Shown here piece by piece: positions 1 to 10,501 of a stretch of 64,000 nt of DNA (positions within the stretch are counted from its first letter, which is position 1; each line of letters opens with the position of its first letter). The notes beneath the pieces were generated by a model. That model did no database searches, had not been told where the DNA came from, and was given only the letters and a program-made list of their open reading frames with translations. The position numbers and the translations under genes were made by a program. This DNA comes from Diplonema japonicum (Eukaryota; Protista; Euglenozoa: Diplonemea). The stretch is from assembly GCA_964019335.1 (NCBI GenBank), contig OZ025681.1, positions 534,079 through 598,078 of the forward strand, in the 5' to 3' direction.

Positions 1-750
1 CTGTTTTGAGACAGATGACAGCAGGCCAAGGTTTGCTTTATTCTTGTCTCTCTGCCGAGCTCCCCCTTGGCACAGACTTTCCTGAAATGACTCGCTTAAG
101 GGGAGGTGTCGTTACGCACCCAGACCCGGCCAAAGGTCTTGCTGCCCCTGGAAAAAAAAAAGAAAAGAAAGGCGATGTTTAAGGGCAAATCCCACCGAGG
201 ACCACCCTAAAAAAAAGATCGGAGCTGTCAACGTGCGTTCTGGGGTTGGAAAAGAGAGGGGGAAAGAAAAAGAATAGGGGGTATTTGGCTGTTTGTGTTG
301 CGTGTCTCCATTGCTTAGACAAGAAGAAGAAGGGGGAAAACAAAAAGAATTCTGACCTTCATTTGTATTGGTACCAACTAAAAAAACAAAAGAACTCGTG
401 TAGATTTTCTTTCTTTTTTTTTTTTTTTTTTTAATCGAGCTGCCTATTCTAAAATCATGTTGAAAAGAGTACCGCAAAAGAAAAAGAGAATTTAGGGTTT
501 ACAAAGGTCTTATGCGCGGGGCGGGATTTCTTTTTCGGTTTTCTCTCTTTTCCCTCCTCCTATTTTTTTTTTTCTCTTTTTTTTTTTTTTCTCGCGCAGC
601 ACGAACACATTTTATTTTTTCTCTTCTTTTCTCCCTCAAAAGCCCCTGTGAATAGTCTTCAGTGCTGAAGTGTAAGAATTGTCACAACAAAAAAAAAAAT
701 CAAAACGTCTGGGGGTGGGGGAGAAAAAAAAAAAAAAAAACATACCTGAC

Positions 751-781
<31 letters not shown>

Positions 782-1062
782 GTAATGAAAAAATTACTAT
801 AAATGACAATCATGGGGGATCCGGAAAAAAAAAGGGGGGGGAGATATATAAAGAAAGACAACAAAAGACTCCAAAGATAATGATGCTTGGCTGACAAGTA
901 CGTAAGTGAGGAGGGGCCTCTGGACTAAATGCCCTGCTCCACTTATTCAGTGATCCTTATGAGCTTTTTTTTTTTTTTTTTTGAGTCTAAAATCATTTCT
1001 AATATCCCCCCCACCCCACGATGCAAAGTTCTTTTTTTTTTTTTTTTTCTTCTTAAAAAAAA

Positions 1063-2664
1063 TCATTTCAAACATTCCCCGCTCCTCAGAGGGGCTCCGG
1101 ACACATAATTAACATCCCATTTCCTCGCTGCCAATGCATGGTACGGCGCGACACGGTGGCCCTTGGGGTCAATACTGGTGGGGACATGGCTAGCAGGCTG
1201 GAGAAGAATACAAAGTGCCTCTTCACGATGGTAGGTCCAAACCGCACAAGACTGTTCCACAAAACAAAGGGAGCAACAGTCAGAAATAGAATTCGTATGT
1301 TCATACTTTGTGGTAGTTGTAGATCGGTCCATATCGGGAATGTATTGGAAATTCTGCTCGCTGAAACAGGTATGCTCACCCGGGCCTTCAAGGTCGATGA
1401 AGTGGGTGTTTTCTGAAACAGTGTGCCCGATCTCCTTGAAACGCCTTCTCAGAGCTCTTGTGAATCGCAAGATTGAAAAAGAAATTGTTGAATTCAAATC
1501 AACAGACAGCAACGGGGCGCGGAACCCCCGCTTGCTCTCCGCGGTAGGCGTTGTTTTCTTCTGAACGTAGTACTGCAGCGACTTCGTCCCGTAGTGGTTG
1601 TACCCCAACCCGGCTGAACAGCATTTTGAACTGTACTCCCGTTTCGCCGTGGAGCCCCCTCCGGTGTACAGCCATTGTTCGCACCTCCATTGGTCCTTCA
1701 TATCGGTGGCGTAGGTGCAGTTGTCGGATTTCCAATGAGCGCCCAACCCTTCCGACTGTGTCCAGATTTTGTAATGGTCTTTTCTTTTTTCCGGTGTCAT
1801 GTCGTCCTTCCAATCTGTTGTGTTTGTGGGCCAGTGTATCCATCCTGCATGGTCTAGGGTTGCGCACTGTCCGGTGTTCCATATTACTTTTGTGTGGCGG
1901 CACTCCCCGCACATTGCAAAGGGGTGCTTCGAGCAGTGGTTTCCGAAGAAATCGAAGAACGGACCCGGCTTGCTGCAGTCCCCACCGGATGTAAGAAAAT
2001 TTTCTGTCATCAACCCTTGAGGGTGCTGTTCAAAGCCGGATGTTCCAAAGCGTTCCCACCTGACAAGAATGTGCGATTGCATAGCGCTGCAATGTGTCTC
2101 GATGTGATCTCTAATGCTGCACGAGGTGTGTGGGAAGATGAACTCATCTGTATCGGCAAAGAGAAGCCAGTTCACATGCGGTGAAGCATGCTCGAAACAT
2201 ACTTTCGGGGGGACGCAGTTGTGCACACCAGCAGGGCCGCCTAGTTGCTTGCAACCAGGATGCGATTTGGGCATTCTCCCTGGTATTACTGTTACGTAGC
2301 CTAGTTTTTCGTACTCTTGAAGGATTTTCTTCGTGACTTCTTGTGATTCGGGTGGGTTGTCGTCCACAATCCAGACGTGATCCACGCCAACGAGGAGCTG
2401 GTGTTCTAACCACTCTCTGAGCCATACGCCGCTGCCCTTTGTGCCCGTGCACGTGCCGAAGAACCAAGGGCCTTCTTTTTGTATCGTAATCTTGCCGCCC
2501 AGGATCTGGGGTACGATTTTCTCCTTTTCCAGATTTGCCTTGTACTCGTGAAGGCCGTCCTCATTCACCTCTTGGGAGCGCTGCTCGCTTAGCATGAAGC
2601 TGTACACCAATCGAAGTATTATCACCCCCACCATGATGCTCAGAAATTGCTTGTCGATTTTCAT
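1063..2664 (-). CDS. Type II membrane glycosyltransferase (GT92/Glyco_tranf_2_4-like, GT-A fold) with C-terminal PAN/Apple-like domain
   Basis: Likely start MKIDKQFLSIMVGVIILRLVYSF (ATG at 2664) gives a signal anchor. Motifs WLREWLEHQLLVGVDHVWIVDDN and WLLFADTDEFIFP (DxD), plus C-terminal SISDCCSLCFVEQSCAVWTY..C. The ORF extension to 3033 is low-complexity spacer. Confidence 0.8.
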   Translation of the reverse strand: MKIDKQFLSIMVGVIILRLVYSFMLSEQRSQEVNEDGLHEYKANLEKEKIVPQILGGKITIQKEGPWFFGTCTGTKGSGVWLREWLEHQLLVGVDHVWIVDDNPPESQEVTKKILQEYEKLGYVTVIPGRMPKSHPGCKQLGGPAGVHNCVPPKVCFEHASPHVNWLLFADTDEFIFPHTSCSIRDHIETHCSAMQSHILVRWERFGTSGFEQHPQGLMTENFLTSGGDCSKPGPFFDFFGNHCSKHPFAMCGECRHTKVIWNTGQCATLDHAGWIHWPTNTTDWKDDMTPEKRKDHYKIWTQSEGLGAHWKSDNCTYATDMKDQWRCEQWLYTGGGSTAKREYSSKCCSAGLGYNHYGTKSLQYYVQKKTTPTAESKRGFRAPLLSVDLNSTISFSILRFTRALRRRFKEIGHTVSENTHFIDLEGPGEHTCFSEQNFQYIPDMDRSTTTTKYEHTNSISDCCSLCFVEQSCAVWTYHREEALCILLQPASHVPTSIDPKGHRVAPYHALAARKWDVNYVSGAPLRSGECLK

Positions 2665-3038
2665 TTTATTTATTTTCTTTTTAAATATCCCCCCTTTCCC
2701 CCCTCCCCCCCCACTCTCTCCTTCTTTTTTGAGGAAATGAAAGGGGGGGTACTTTGTTTTAAAAAAAAAAAGAAAAAAATGGATAAAAAGGATTTTCTTT
2801 CTTTTTTTTTTTTGCGTTTCTTTTTTCTCGCGTTGTAGGGAAGGGTAGGGGATTTTTGAAGAGAAAAAAAAAGAAAAGAGAGGGGGGGGGGGGGGGGGGA
2901 AAGAGAAATGACGGTTCGATGGGGAGGGGAGGGGAAAGATAAACATGCAAACAGGCAAATAAAAAAAAGGAAGAAGAAAAAAAGATGTCTTTGAAGGGAA
3001 CCTGCAGTATGTGACAGGATCGCCTAACGACAATCAAC

Positions 3039-6000
3039 TCATCTAGTGTTTGATCCCTTCTGTCGTGGTAGTGCCTTAGGCCCGTCGTAGTATCTCATCA
3101 GCAGCTTGGGCGTGAAACCGACTAGCGAGTTGTTGAGGATGCAATGCGTTCGCAGTTGTTCCTCTAGGGTCGGGTGGGTTGCCTTCGGGGACGCGAAGAC
3201 CGGACGAGTGGAGTATCCAATGATGGAATGGCTGTGGAGCCCCAGGGTACGCAGTGAGTGTACTGACTTCTTAGTTTCTGCCGGAATCAGGTGATTCCCC
3301 GTTCCTGTTCTGTGTGCCCTGTCCAGGACGTTGAGGATTCTTCCGATTTTCCTAGCCCAGCATGCCAGGTCTTCACCACCCATGTGGATTCTCTCCGTTG
3401 CTATGAAGTCGACAGCAAGCTCCGCCTTGGACACTTGCCCTCCATCCTTGCCCCATTTCAGGGCACTCAGCCATTTGAGGACAAACGGGATCAGCCCCGG
3501 GAAGTACTTCTTCCCCAGCCCGTGCTTGTGATACCAAATGAGGGGTTTCGGTTCTAATAGGTTTCCCGGTTGGAATGGTCTTTTCCAGAAGTGCAGATTG
3601 TCGTATCTGACCTGCTTCTCGGTGTGCAGGCTCTCGAGTTTCCCCGCAATTTCCGCAAACATCAGGTGTAGTTCCTTGACACTTGTCAGGCTTATGTCCA
3701 TATCAGAGGTAATAATGCCGTGTAGTCGGGCGCAGCTTGGCCAGCTGACGTGGTCTTGCACCAGCCGAATGCGGTCAGTGTTGGTCGTTCTGCAGTCGGC
3801 GTGCGCTGGGCATTGCCAGATCGTATGTTGTAGTAGGGAGCTGGTCCCGTTCCCAATGTTATATGGTGTGCCACACCCCAGGCATTTCGTATGTGAGCCG
3901 TTCATGTCGCCGTAAGCTCTGGGGTGTAGGGGAAGCATCGCGCCCGCAATGGCACAAAGTATCCTCCTTGCTTTCTGTGGGTTGGTGGTCGTCACCTCGT
4001 TGTGGAGGAAGTTCGTTTTCTCCTCGTCAATGCCTGTTTCGACCCCCTGGTAGGTGTCTCGCTCTTCGGCCAGATCCTCACGTAGTTTGGCTTTCAGCAG
4101 CGTCCTGATCTCGTGTTTCAGGAGCTGTTTGCCTTGCGGTAGTATCTTCGTCTGGAAGTCCTTCCACCTTGACCCTATTTCTCGGAGCCATAGGTCTGCA
4201 TTGGCAAATGGTCCCATCGGAAATGATGGAGAGCCTTGATCCCTTGCTCTCCTGTACGCTTCCCAGCATGATATGAAAAGGGACTTGTTCGAATGTCGTG
4301 TGCAAAGTCGTCCCAGAGTAGAGATGGCCTTGTAGATCGCAGTAGAGTACGGGTCCAGGGTGTGTCCCTTATGGGCAATTCCCAGCAGGGCGCTGGAGGA
4401 GCGCATTGGGTTGCGGGCACCCCAGACGCAAAGAGTGATCCGCTTCTTCAATTTCTCCATCCAAGAGTCCGGGATCGGGTCGAACAGGATGCCGTAGAAG
4501 GCGGATGGCAGGATGTTCTCTGCGATGATCCGTACCTTGCGATCGTGGTATAGCCTAGTTGAGGCGAGGCGTTCTATTTCGGCCAGGGCTTTGTGGACCC
4601 TGAGTTATCCCTCCTGCTCGGCTGGAAGTAGATTTGTACTCCTAAGATTTGCAGACTACTGGTCGTGGCAAAGGTCTCTCCGTTCAACTTCACATTCCCC
4701 CGGTATTTGGGTTTCGTTCCAAATGACCTGGTCTTCTTCGGGTGTACGGTCATCCCCGTGAGCTTGCAAAGGCTGCCTAGTAGATTTACGGAACGCTGAA
4801 CCGCGGCCTCCGAGGTAATTGACGTGAAGTTAAGGTCGTCTGCATATGACACTGGGTGTGCGTTTCTTGGATTTGCCGTACATTTCTTGGTGAAGATGGC
4901 AAGGATTGCGTTGATGAAAACGGGCGAGATCGGGCATCCCTGGAGTATTCCATTCGTGGTTCGGAATGGAGCACCTACTCCCACGGGGAAACGTAGGCGG
5001 CGGATTAGGTCAGAGTAGATGGCCTTGATCGGTCTCAGGATGAGCTGGCTTAGGCCTAACCGATCGACCAGTTCGAACGTGAGTGCGTGGGGGACAGAGT
5101 CAAAGCATTTCTTGAAGTCGACCGAGAGACCCCAAAGGTGGTTGCCAGATACTTTTGCCAACTCCACACTGGTGCAGACCTTCGCGAGGAGGTCATCTGT
5201 GCTGTGTTCCGGTCTGAAGCCGAATTGGAGCGGAGTAATCCACTCCTCTTGCCATTCGAGGATGGCTGGTAGTCGTGCGCCAGCCCAGAGCCGATAGAAT
5301 GCGCTCGATACAGTAATAGGTCTGTGATCTAGCGGCTCTTCGGATTCTCCTTTCGGGATCATCGTAACAAGCGCGGTCAGGACTGCCTTTGGCCATCGTC
5401 CCTCATCCTCAATCCAGTTGTATAGGAAGATGAATCCCTCTAGCAGGGCATCTGGTAAGTGGGCGAGTTCGCAGAGCCTCCATCCATCAATCCCAGCGCA
5501 TTCCTGTTTCTCCTTCTTACTCAGCACTCTTCGCAGGTCTTCTAGCGTGATCGCGAGGTCGACCATGGGGTGGTGGGTGATCTGCGACCCAAAAGTTTCC
5601 TCAAAAGAATCAAAACTCGGCTCAGGGTGGTCCTCGTATTTGCGGAAGATGTGGCGCCATGCCGACCTGAAGGCTTGGTCTATCTCTTCGACTGAGGTCG
5701 AGAGGGTACCGTTCGTGTTTGCTGCAACTAGCTCTCTATTTGGCTTGTCCGTCACAAATTGCATAATCGCGCTCCGGTTCACCGAGAAACCCGAGTTCAG
5801 GTCCCTCCGTGCCTTCACGTTGCGCAGGATCTTCGAAGCGATGTCCATGTTCCGTTGTCGTGCCGTAACGTTCTCCCGAATCAGGTCTGCTTCCTTGACG
5901 ATGTTACCCTCGGAGAAGGTTTCCGGGTGGAACCGTAGGATCTTAATTGCCTTTGCCTTAATATTGTCCCAGCTCTTGCGTAGGTCATACGGCAGGGCCG

Positions 6001-7417
6001 GGTCTTTCAACAGTGGGACTCTCCGCACAATAGCGGCTGCACTCTGCCGGATTTTCTCAAGTGTTAGGTACTTTTTAGAGACTGCCCCAAATGCTGTCAT
6101 CGTAGACGGAGCCGCCGTCCTCCGCATGCTGGGGGTATTAATCACGCCTCTGCCAGAGTAGATCGAATTCTCCAGCTGCGCCGTTCCACTCAAAAGGTGT
6201 TTCTCGCAAGCAGAAGAAAGCTCTAAGAAAGCTGCATCCAGGTCCCCGTTGTCTTTCAGGGATCTCAAAGTAGGGAGAATGTCGCTGTACGGAGCGCGGT
6301 TCCGGGAGTCATGGAGAGGGATGATCTTCTTGGGTATACTGTACTGGAGTGAGGGCTCGTAGAATCTCGGCATATCGATTCTAATTACTAGTGCGCGGTG
6401 TGAGGGTACGCCAATGTCCAGAGTCTGGCAGTCGGTCAGCGCCATCGCAGCTGTCTTGTTCACCAAGATGTAGTCTGGCCTCGTCTTCGCTGTTGCAGTT
6501 ACGAAGGTAGGAGGGGCTTGTGTTCCATGTAGGCGCGATATTTTGTTCGAAGCGTCTGTCCAATGTTGAGAGAGGGCGTGCGAGAGGACCGGGGAGTCCA
6601 TTATCGTCGTGTTGAAGTCTCCTGTCACAATGACCGGAACGTCCCCCAGCTGAGCCGATCTCTGTAGGGTGTCGGATATTAGCGCCTCCCTATTTCTCTT
6701 GGCGTGTCTGGAGCCGTCGCTTACCTGGCAGTAGAGGGTGATAATGTGTAACCAGTCACGTTTCCCAATCGCGACTCTTACATGTACCCTTCGCGAGTTG
6801 GTGTTGTGGTCCTCGAAAAGGGAGGATTCCTTCTTAGCTGTCAGTTGCTTGTTCACCATAATTCCCACGCCTCCTCTTTGGGCGATTGAGGGGGATTCTG
6901 CACCTTTTGACACCTTCCCTTGTTGTGGGGGTCCCCAAAAGAGACGGTGTTCTTTTAGGAAAACGTCTTGCTTCGCTTCCTTGTCCATCATCCATTGCCC
7001 CGCTTGCGTAAGGGCGGTCTCTTGCAGGCAAATCACGTCAAACTCCTGTAGTTTGACCCTGTTCAGCTGATTTGGGAGGTTCGTCACGTTCACAGAGATA
7101 ATAGTGATTTCCTTCTTCCCCTTCTCGGGCCCCGGATTGGGGTGGACGTCACCGTGTGTCATGAGCCGTTTCCTCGCTTCTCGCGCAATGGACCGCTTCG
7201 ACCTTTTCATAATGAGGAAATGTGCCCGCGGGAGGTGGATTATTGCCAACGAGTAGATCAGATGATTGTTTTCGGTCGGGGAGCCGAACCAGTCGCAGGA
7301 GAGAGGGGCAAAGGGGCGTGGTGTGGCCGAAAAGGTTAGGAGGTCAATGATTGATAGACTAATAATGATGATGATGGGGAGGGATAGAATTTCCCCGAGA
7401 TGCCTCAGACCCTCCTG
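3039..7417 (-). CDS. Retrotransposon ORF2: 2A-like motif, AP endonuclease, reverse transcriptase, CxxC..H..C motif; -1 frameshift at about 4576-4603
   Basis: APE motifs SVNV, DVICLQET, VIVTGDFN, RPDYIL, PSHRAL. RT motifs IPKG, RPITV, QFGFRP, VDFKKCFDSV, GILQGCPISP, YADDL, ILGV. After the shift the frame continues LRVHKALAEIERL...MEKLKK...CLGCG...HTIWQCP. Confidence 0.93.
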
Positions 7418-9039
7418 TCAGATCTTTTGATTCTTGGGGCTCGGCGACGTCTGTGCGTGGGTCTCCGATTCACCCCTCTTCCGTGAGCTCTCGGCCCTGG
7501 CAGCCTCCGCCTGTGCTTTCTCCTGCGCCGCCCTTGAACTGGGGAATTCTGCCTCCGACAGCTTCACCCTATGCTGTTTCCCCCGGAAGCTCCTCTCGTT
7601 CTTGTTTGGTGCATCTTCCCGTGTCCAGTCCCTAATCGTCAGGGAATGAAGTTTTTCCCCCCTCGCAATAAGCCTGGCGGTGGGAGGGGTGGTGGCCCGA
7701 ACGAGCCATCTCGAACCTTCTAGTCTGTCCAAGTGGCTAATGGACCATCCACATCCTGCGAGGTCGTTCATCAAGTCACACGGGTGTTCCCAGCTGAGGC
7801 ACCCTTCCAGGATATATTTGTCCCCAGCCTTCCGCGCCGGGAGAAGTATGGGGTTGACCCTTGCCAGTACCTCGCTGCGGACTGCTCCTCTCGGTAGCAT
7901 TAGGGCCAGTCCGATCGGCGTTACCGTGAGTGAGGTGCCTATTGATGCTGTGGGGACATCGGCCGCCTTGATCCCCTTCTTCAACTGGATGACCTCCAGT
8001 CTGTCTGCAGCGAACGCGTGTGTCCAGAATACACATTGGTCTCCGATGCGACCAGCAGTCTAATCGCGTGCTCAGGGTCCACCCGTACCAGGGCAGAGGC
8101 GGTGTTGTTCTCGGTCGAGCGGTTGATCCTGAAGACGTTTTGCGGGGTTACCTTGAAGGGACCCTCCTTGTCTCGCGCCGCTAGAAGTGCCATTCTTTTA
8201 ATGGCATTGCCGTCCGCTGTTCGCTTCCACTGTGCAGCTGAGCAATGGTCCTTTGCAATCACTGCCTTGAGGATAACGGTCCCTTTGCTGTCCTTGGGAG
8301 GGGCGTCCATGGCTTGCGGTAGTACTTCGTCCCCCAGGACCCAGGTTTTCATAATGCCCCTCGAGGTTGGGGAGTCGGACTCGGTTCCACCAGAGAATGG
8401 TTGGGTGCTGATGATTTTGAAAGTCAGGCCGAGGGCCTTGAGGCGTGCGGAGAGTTGGACAGGGTCTGCGGGATTAAAATATATTCCTGTCGTGAGTTTG
8501 TCCGGGAGCGCGTTGTGTATCTGCATATCTCCCCAGTGCTGCTGGATCAGGGCTAAGGGGGGTTTGGCGGGGCCCGGTCTGCTCATCCAGTTGGTGGCGG
8601 CTCCAAGGTAGGACTTGGTGTTACCTCTTGAAGCCTTCCTTGGCGGGGTCCTCTTCTCGTTCGTCTTGGCGGTGGGTTGCTGCTGCTGACTATTCTTGCC
8701 TTGCTGCTTGTGCGGTTGTCCTTTAGGCTGTTGGTATTGTTGCTGCTGAACCTGTTGCTGTTGTTGTTGGAATTGTTTCTGGGGCTGATGAACTTGTTGG
8801 AGCTGCTTGAGTGGCGGCTGTTGCGTGTACGATTGTTGGGGTTGTGGTGAGGAATTTTGGAATTGCTGTTGTTGAACTTGGGCCTGTAGCGGAGTGGGCT
8901 GCTGGGGTGAGGACTTCTGTGCCATCTCGACCAGCTGCAGGATGCAGCCTAGGGTGGTCAGGACGAGGCTTCTGTTCTCCTCGGATAGTTCGCCTGCGAG
9001 CAGGCTCTGGGCTCTCTGGACCAGTTGATGGGGGTCCAT
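7418..9039 (-). CDS. Retrotransposon ORF1-like protein (Gln-rich N-terminus), interrupted by a -1 frameshift near 8042
   Basis: ORFs 7981..9039 and 7418..7984 overlap in the -1 frame. Adding one G at TCG-GAG-ACC restores ...LLVASGDQCVFWTHAF... Confidence 0.7.
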
Positions 9040-9108
9040 GTTAAGAGCGTGATGGGGGGAAGTGGAGTACGGAAAGGGGGTTGTGGGATGACGGAGTCGG
9101 TCGCTTTC

Positions 9109-9157
9109 TTACACTTACACTGTCACTGTCACTATTACTATCACTGTCACTGTTACC
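9109..9157. repeat. Degenerate hexamer tandem repeat (TCACTG/TTACAC/TTACTA) at the 5' edge of the retrotransposon
   Basis: ttacacttacactgtcactgtcactattactatcactgtcactgttacc. Confidence 0.6.
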
Positions 9158-10030
9158 GTATTTATACTGTTCTTTTCTTCCTGCTATTGTCGTCACTTCT
9201 AAACACTTGCTTGGATATATCCGGTTGTGGTCTGGTCAATATATTTTTTCTTTTCAAACCGTTCTACCTGGTTCCTTTATTGGCACGGTCGATACCAATA
9301 AAGTACAGAAACTGTAGCTTTAGAATCGTTGCTAAAAAAGGAAGAGAAAGAAAAAAAGAATACTGGCCTACTGGTGTGGGAGGAGTGGGGAGAGGGGATC
9401 TAGCGATAAAAAAGAGGTAAGGGCCCTGCCCCCCACCGGTATTCCAGTGGCCGAAGATTCATATCGATGAATTTAATCGCAAGTGAAAAGGTTGGCAACA
9501 AGTTTAACTACATCTTTAAAAAAAAAGGGGGTGACATCAACTAACAGAAGATGGTGCAAAAAAGGTGCGCATTTCTAGTCATTGTATCCCACTTTCTTTT
9601 TTTCTTTTCGTTTTTTTTTTCTTCTTCATTTTCGCAAAAAAGCATAAAAGAAATTATAAAAAAAAAAAAAAAAACAGGGAGTGGGCACTAAAGGTACTAA
9701 AAAGGAAGAGGGGGAGGGGGAAAAAAAAAGAAGGAAGTTTACCAAAGATTTGATTCAGAAGAAAAAGAACAAGAACACATTGACTTATTTGTTTCTCTTT
9801 TTATTTTATTTTTTTTATTACAGTTGGTCAAACCCGTTTGTGCGCACAAACAAAGAATAACCCTTGGCCTGTTCTTTTTAATAAAAAAAAAAACCCGGCA
9901 AAAAAAGAAGAAAAAAGAGAGAAAACGAAGGGGTTTTTCTCGTTTTTTTTTCCCCTAAAATCTTTTTTATTTCCTCGCATATGTTTTTTATGGCAGTCAC
10001 ACAGAGAAGAGAAGAAAAAAAAAAGAGAAA

Positions 10031-10162
10031 AAAAAGAGTCGGTTGATGGTTGTTTGTGCACAGCCGGGGTTAACCTGTAGAAGGATAAGCCCAACAATGC
10101 CACCACTACTCTTTTTAGCAATAACAATTCATTATCAATATATTGTTTTTCTTGTTCTTGCA
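10031..10162. repeat. Dispersed structured non-coding element, diverged copy
   Basis: AAAAAGAGTCGG...CTACTCTTTTT stem followed by GCAATAACAATTC...CTTGTTC; homologous to 37597-37720 and 61241-61365. Confidence 0.7.
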
Positions 10163-10177
10163 AAAAAAAAAAAAAAA

Positions 10178-10243
10178 GAGACATTTAAGGGTACCTGCGG
10201 TGTGTGGCAGGACGCCTGAAGAGTCTCAATCTATCTCTTGATC
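10178..10243 (-). mobile_element. Solo 3'-terminal remnant related to the retrotransposon
   Basis: ttaagggtacctgcggtgtgtggcaggacgcct aligns with tgaagggaacctgcagtatgtgacaggatcgcct (2992-3025); both abut an A-run on the + strand. Confidence 0.65.
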
Positions 10244-10501
10244 GAAAAAAAAGAGAAAGATAAAAAAAAAAGCGGTGGGGGAAAGAAAGTCACTAACTAT
10301 GTACTGACTAATCATATGTTAATATTTGGGTTTTAAAGAAAGAAAAAAAACTTTAGAAACTATAAAAAATGGTGCACTTTTAACGGGCACATACAGCAGA
10401 ACAAAGAGGAAGACTGGGGGGGGGGGGGGGGGGGGAGAGAGAGAGAAAAAGGGAAAAACCAAAACTGACAAAAACGGAACAAGAAATAAGAAATCATCAT
10501 T

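Larger units (their letters stand above)
2984..9108 (-). mobile_element. Non-LTR retrotransposon (APE + RT + C-terminal Cys/His motif), near full length, with two -1 frameshifts
   Basis: Continuous GC-balanced coding block between homopolymer spacers: ORF1a 9039-7981, ORF1b 7984-7418, ORF2 7417-4574, ORF2 tail to 3039. The 3' terminus is defined by homologous ends at 10178-10243 and 27095. The 5' boundary is approximate and no TSD is seen. Confidence 0.92.

Noticed and set aside
112-1060. K/F/G/P-rich short ORFs here and in all spacers
   Set aside because: Translations of A/T/G/C homopolymer runs.
7418-7420. TGA reassigned as a sense codon genome-wide
   Set aside because: Host genes here end at TGA (1063, 15660, 29292) and use TGG for Trp.
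9040-9460. HDV-like ribozyme or Pr77-type signature at the retrotransposon 5' end
   Set aside because: No nested double pseudoknot could be assembled by eye.
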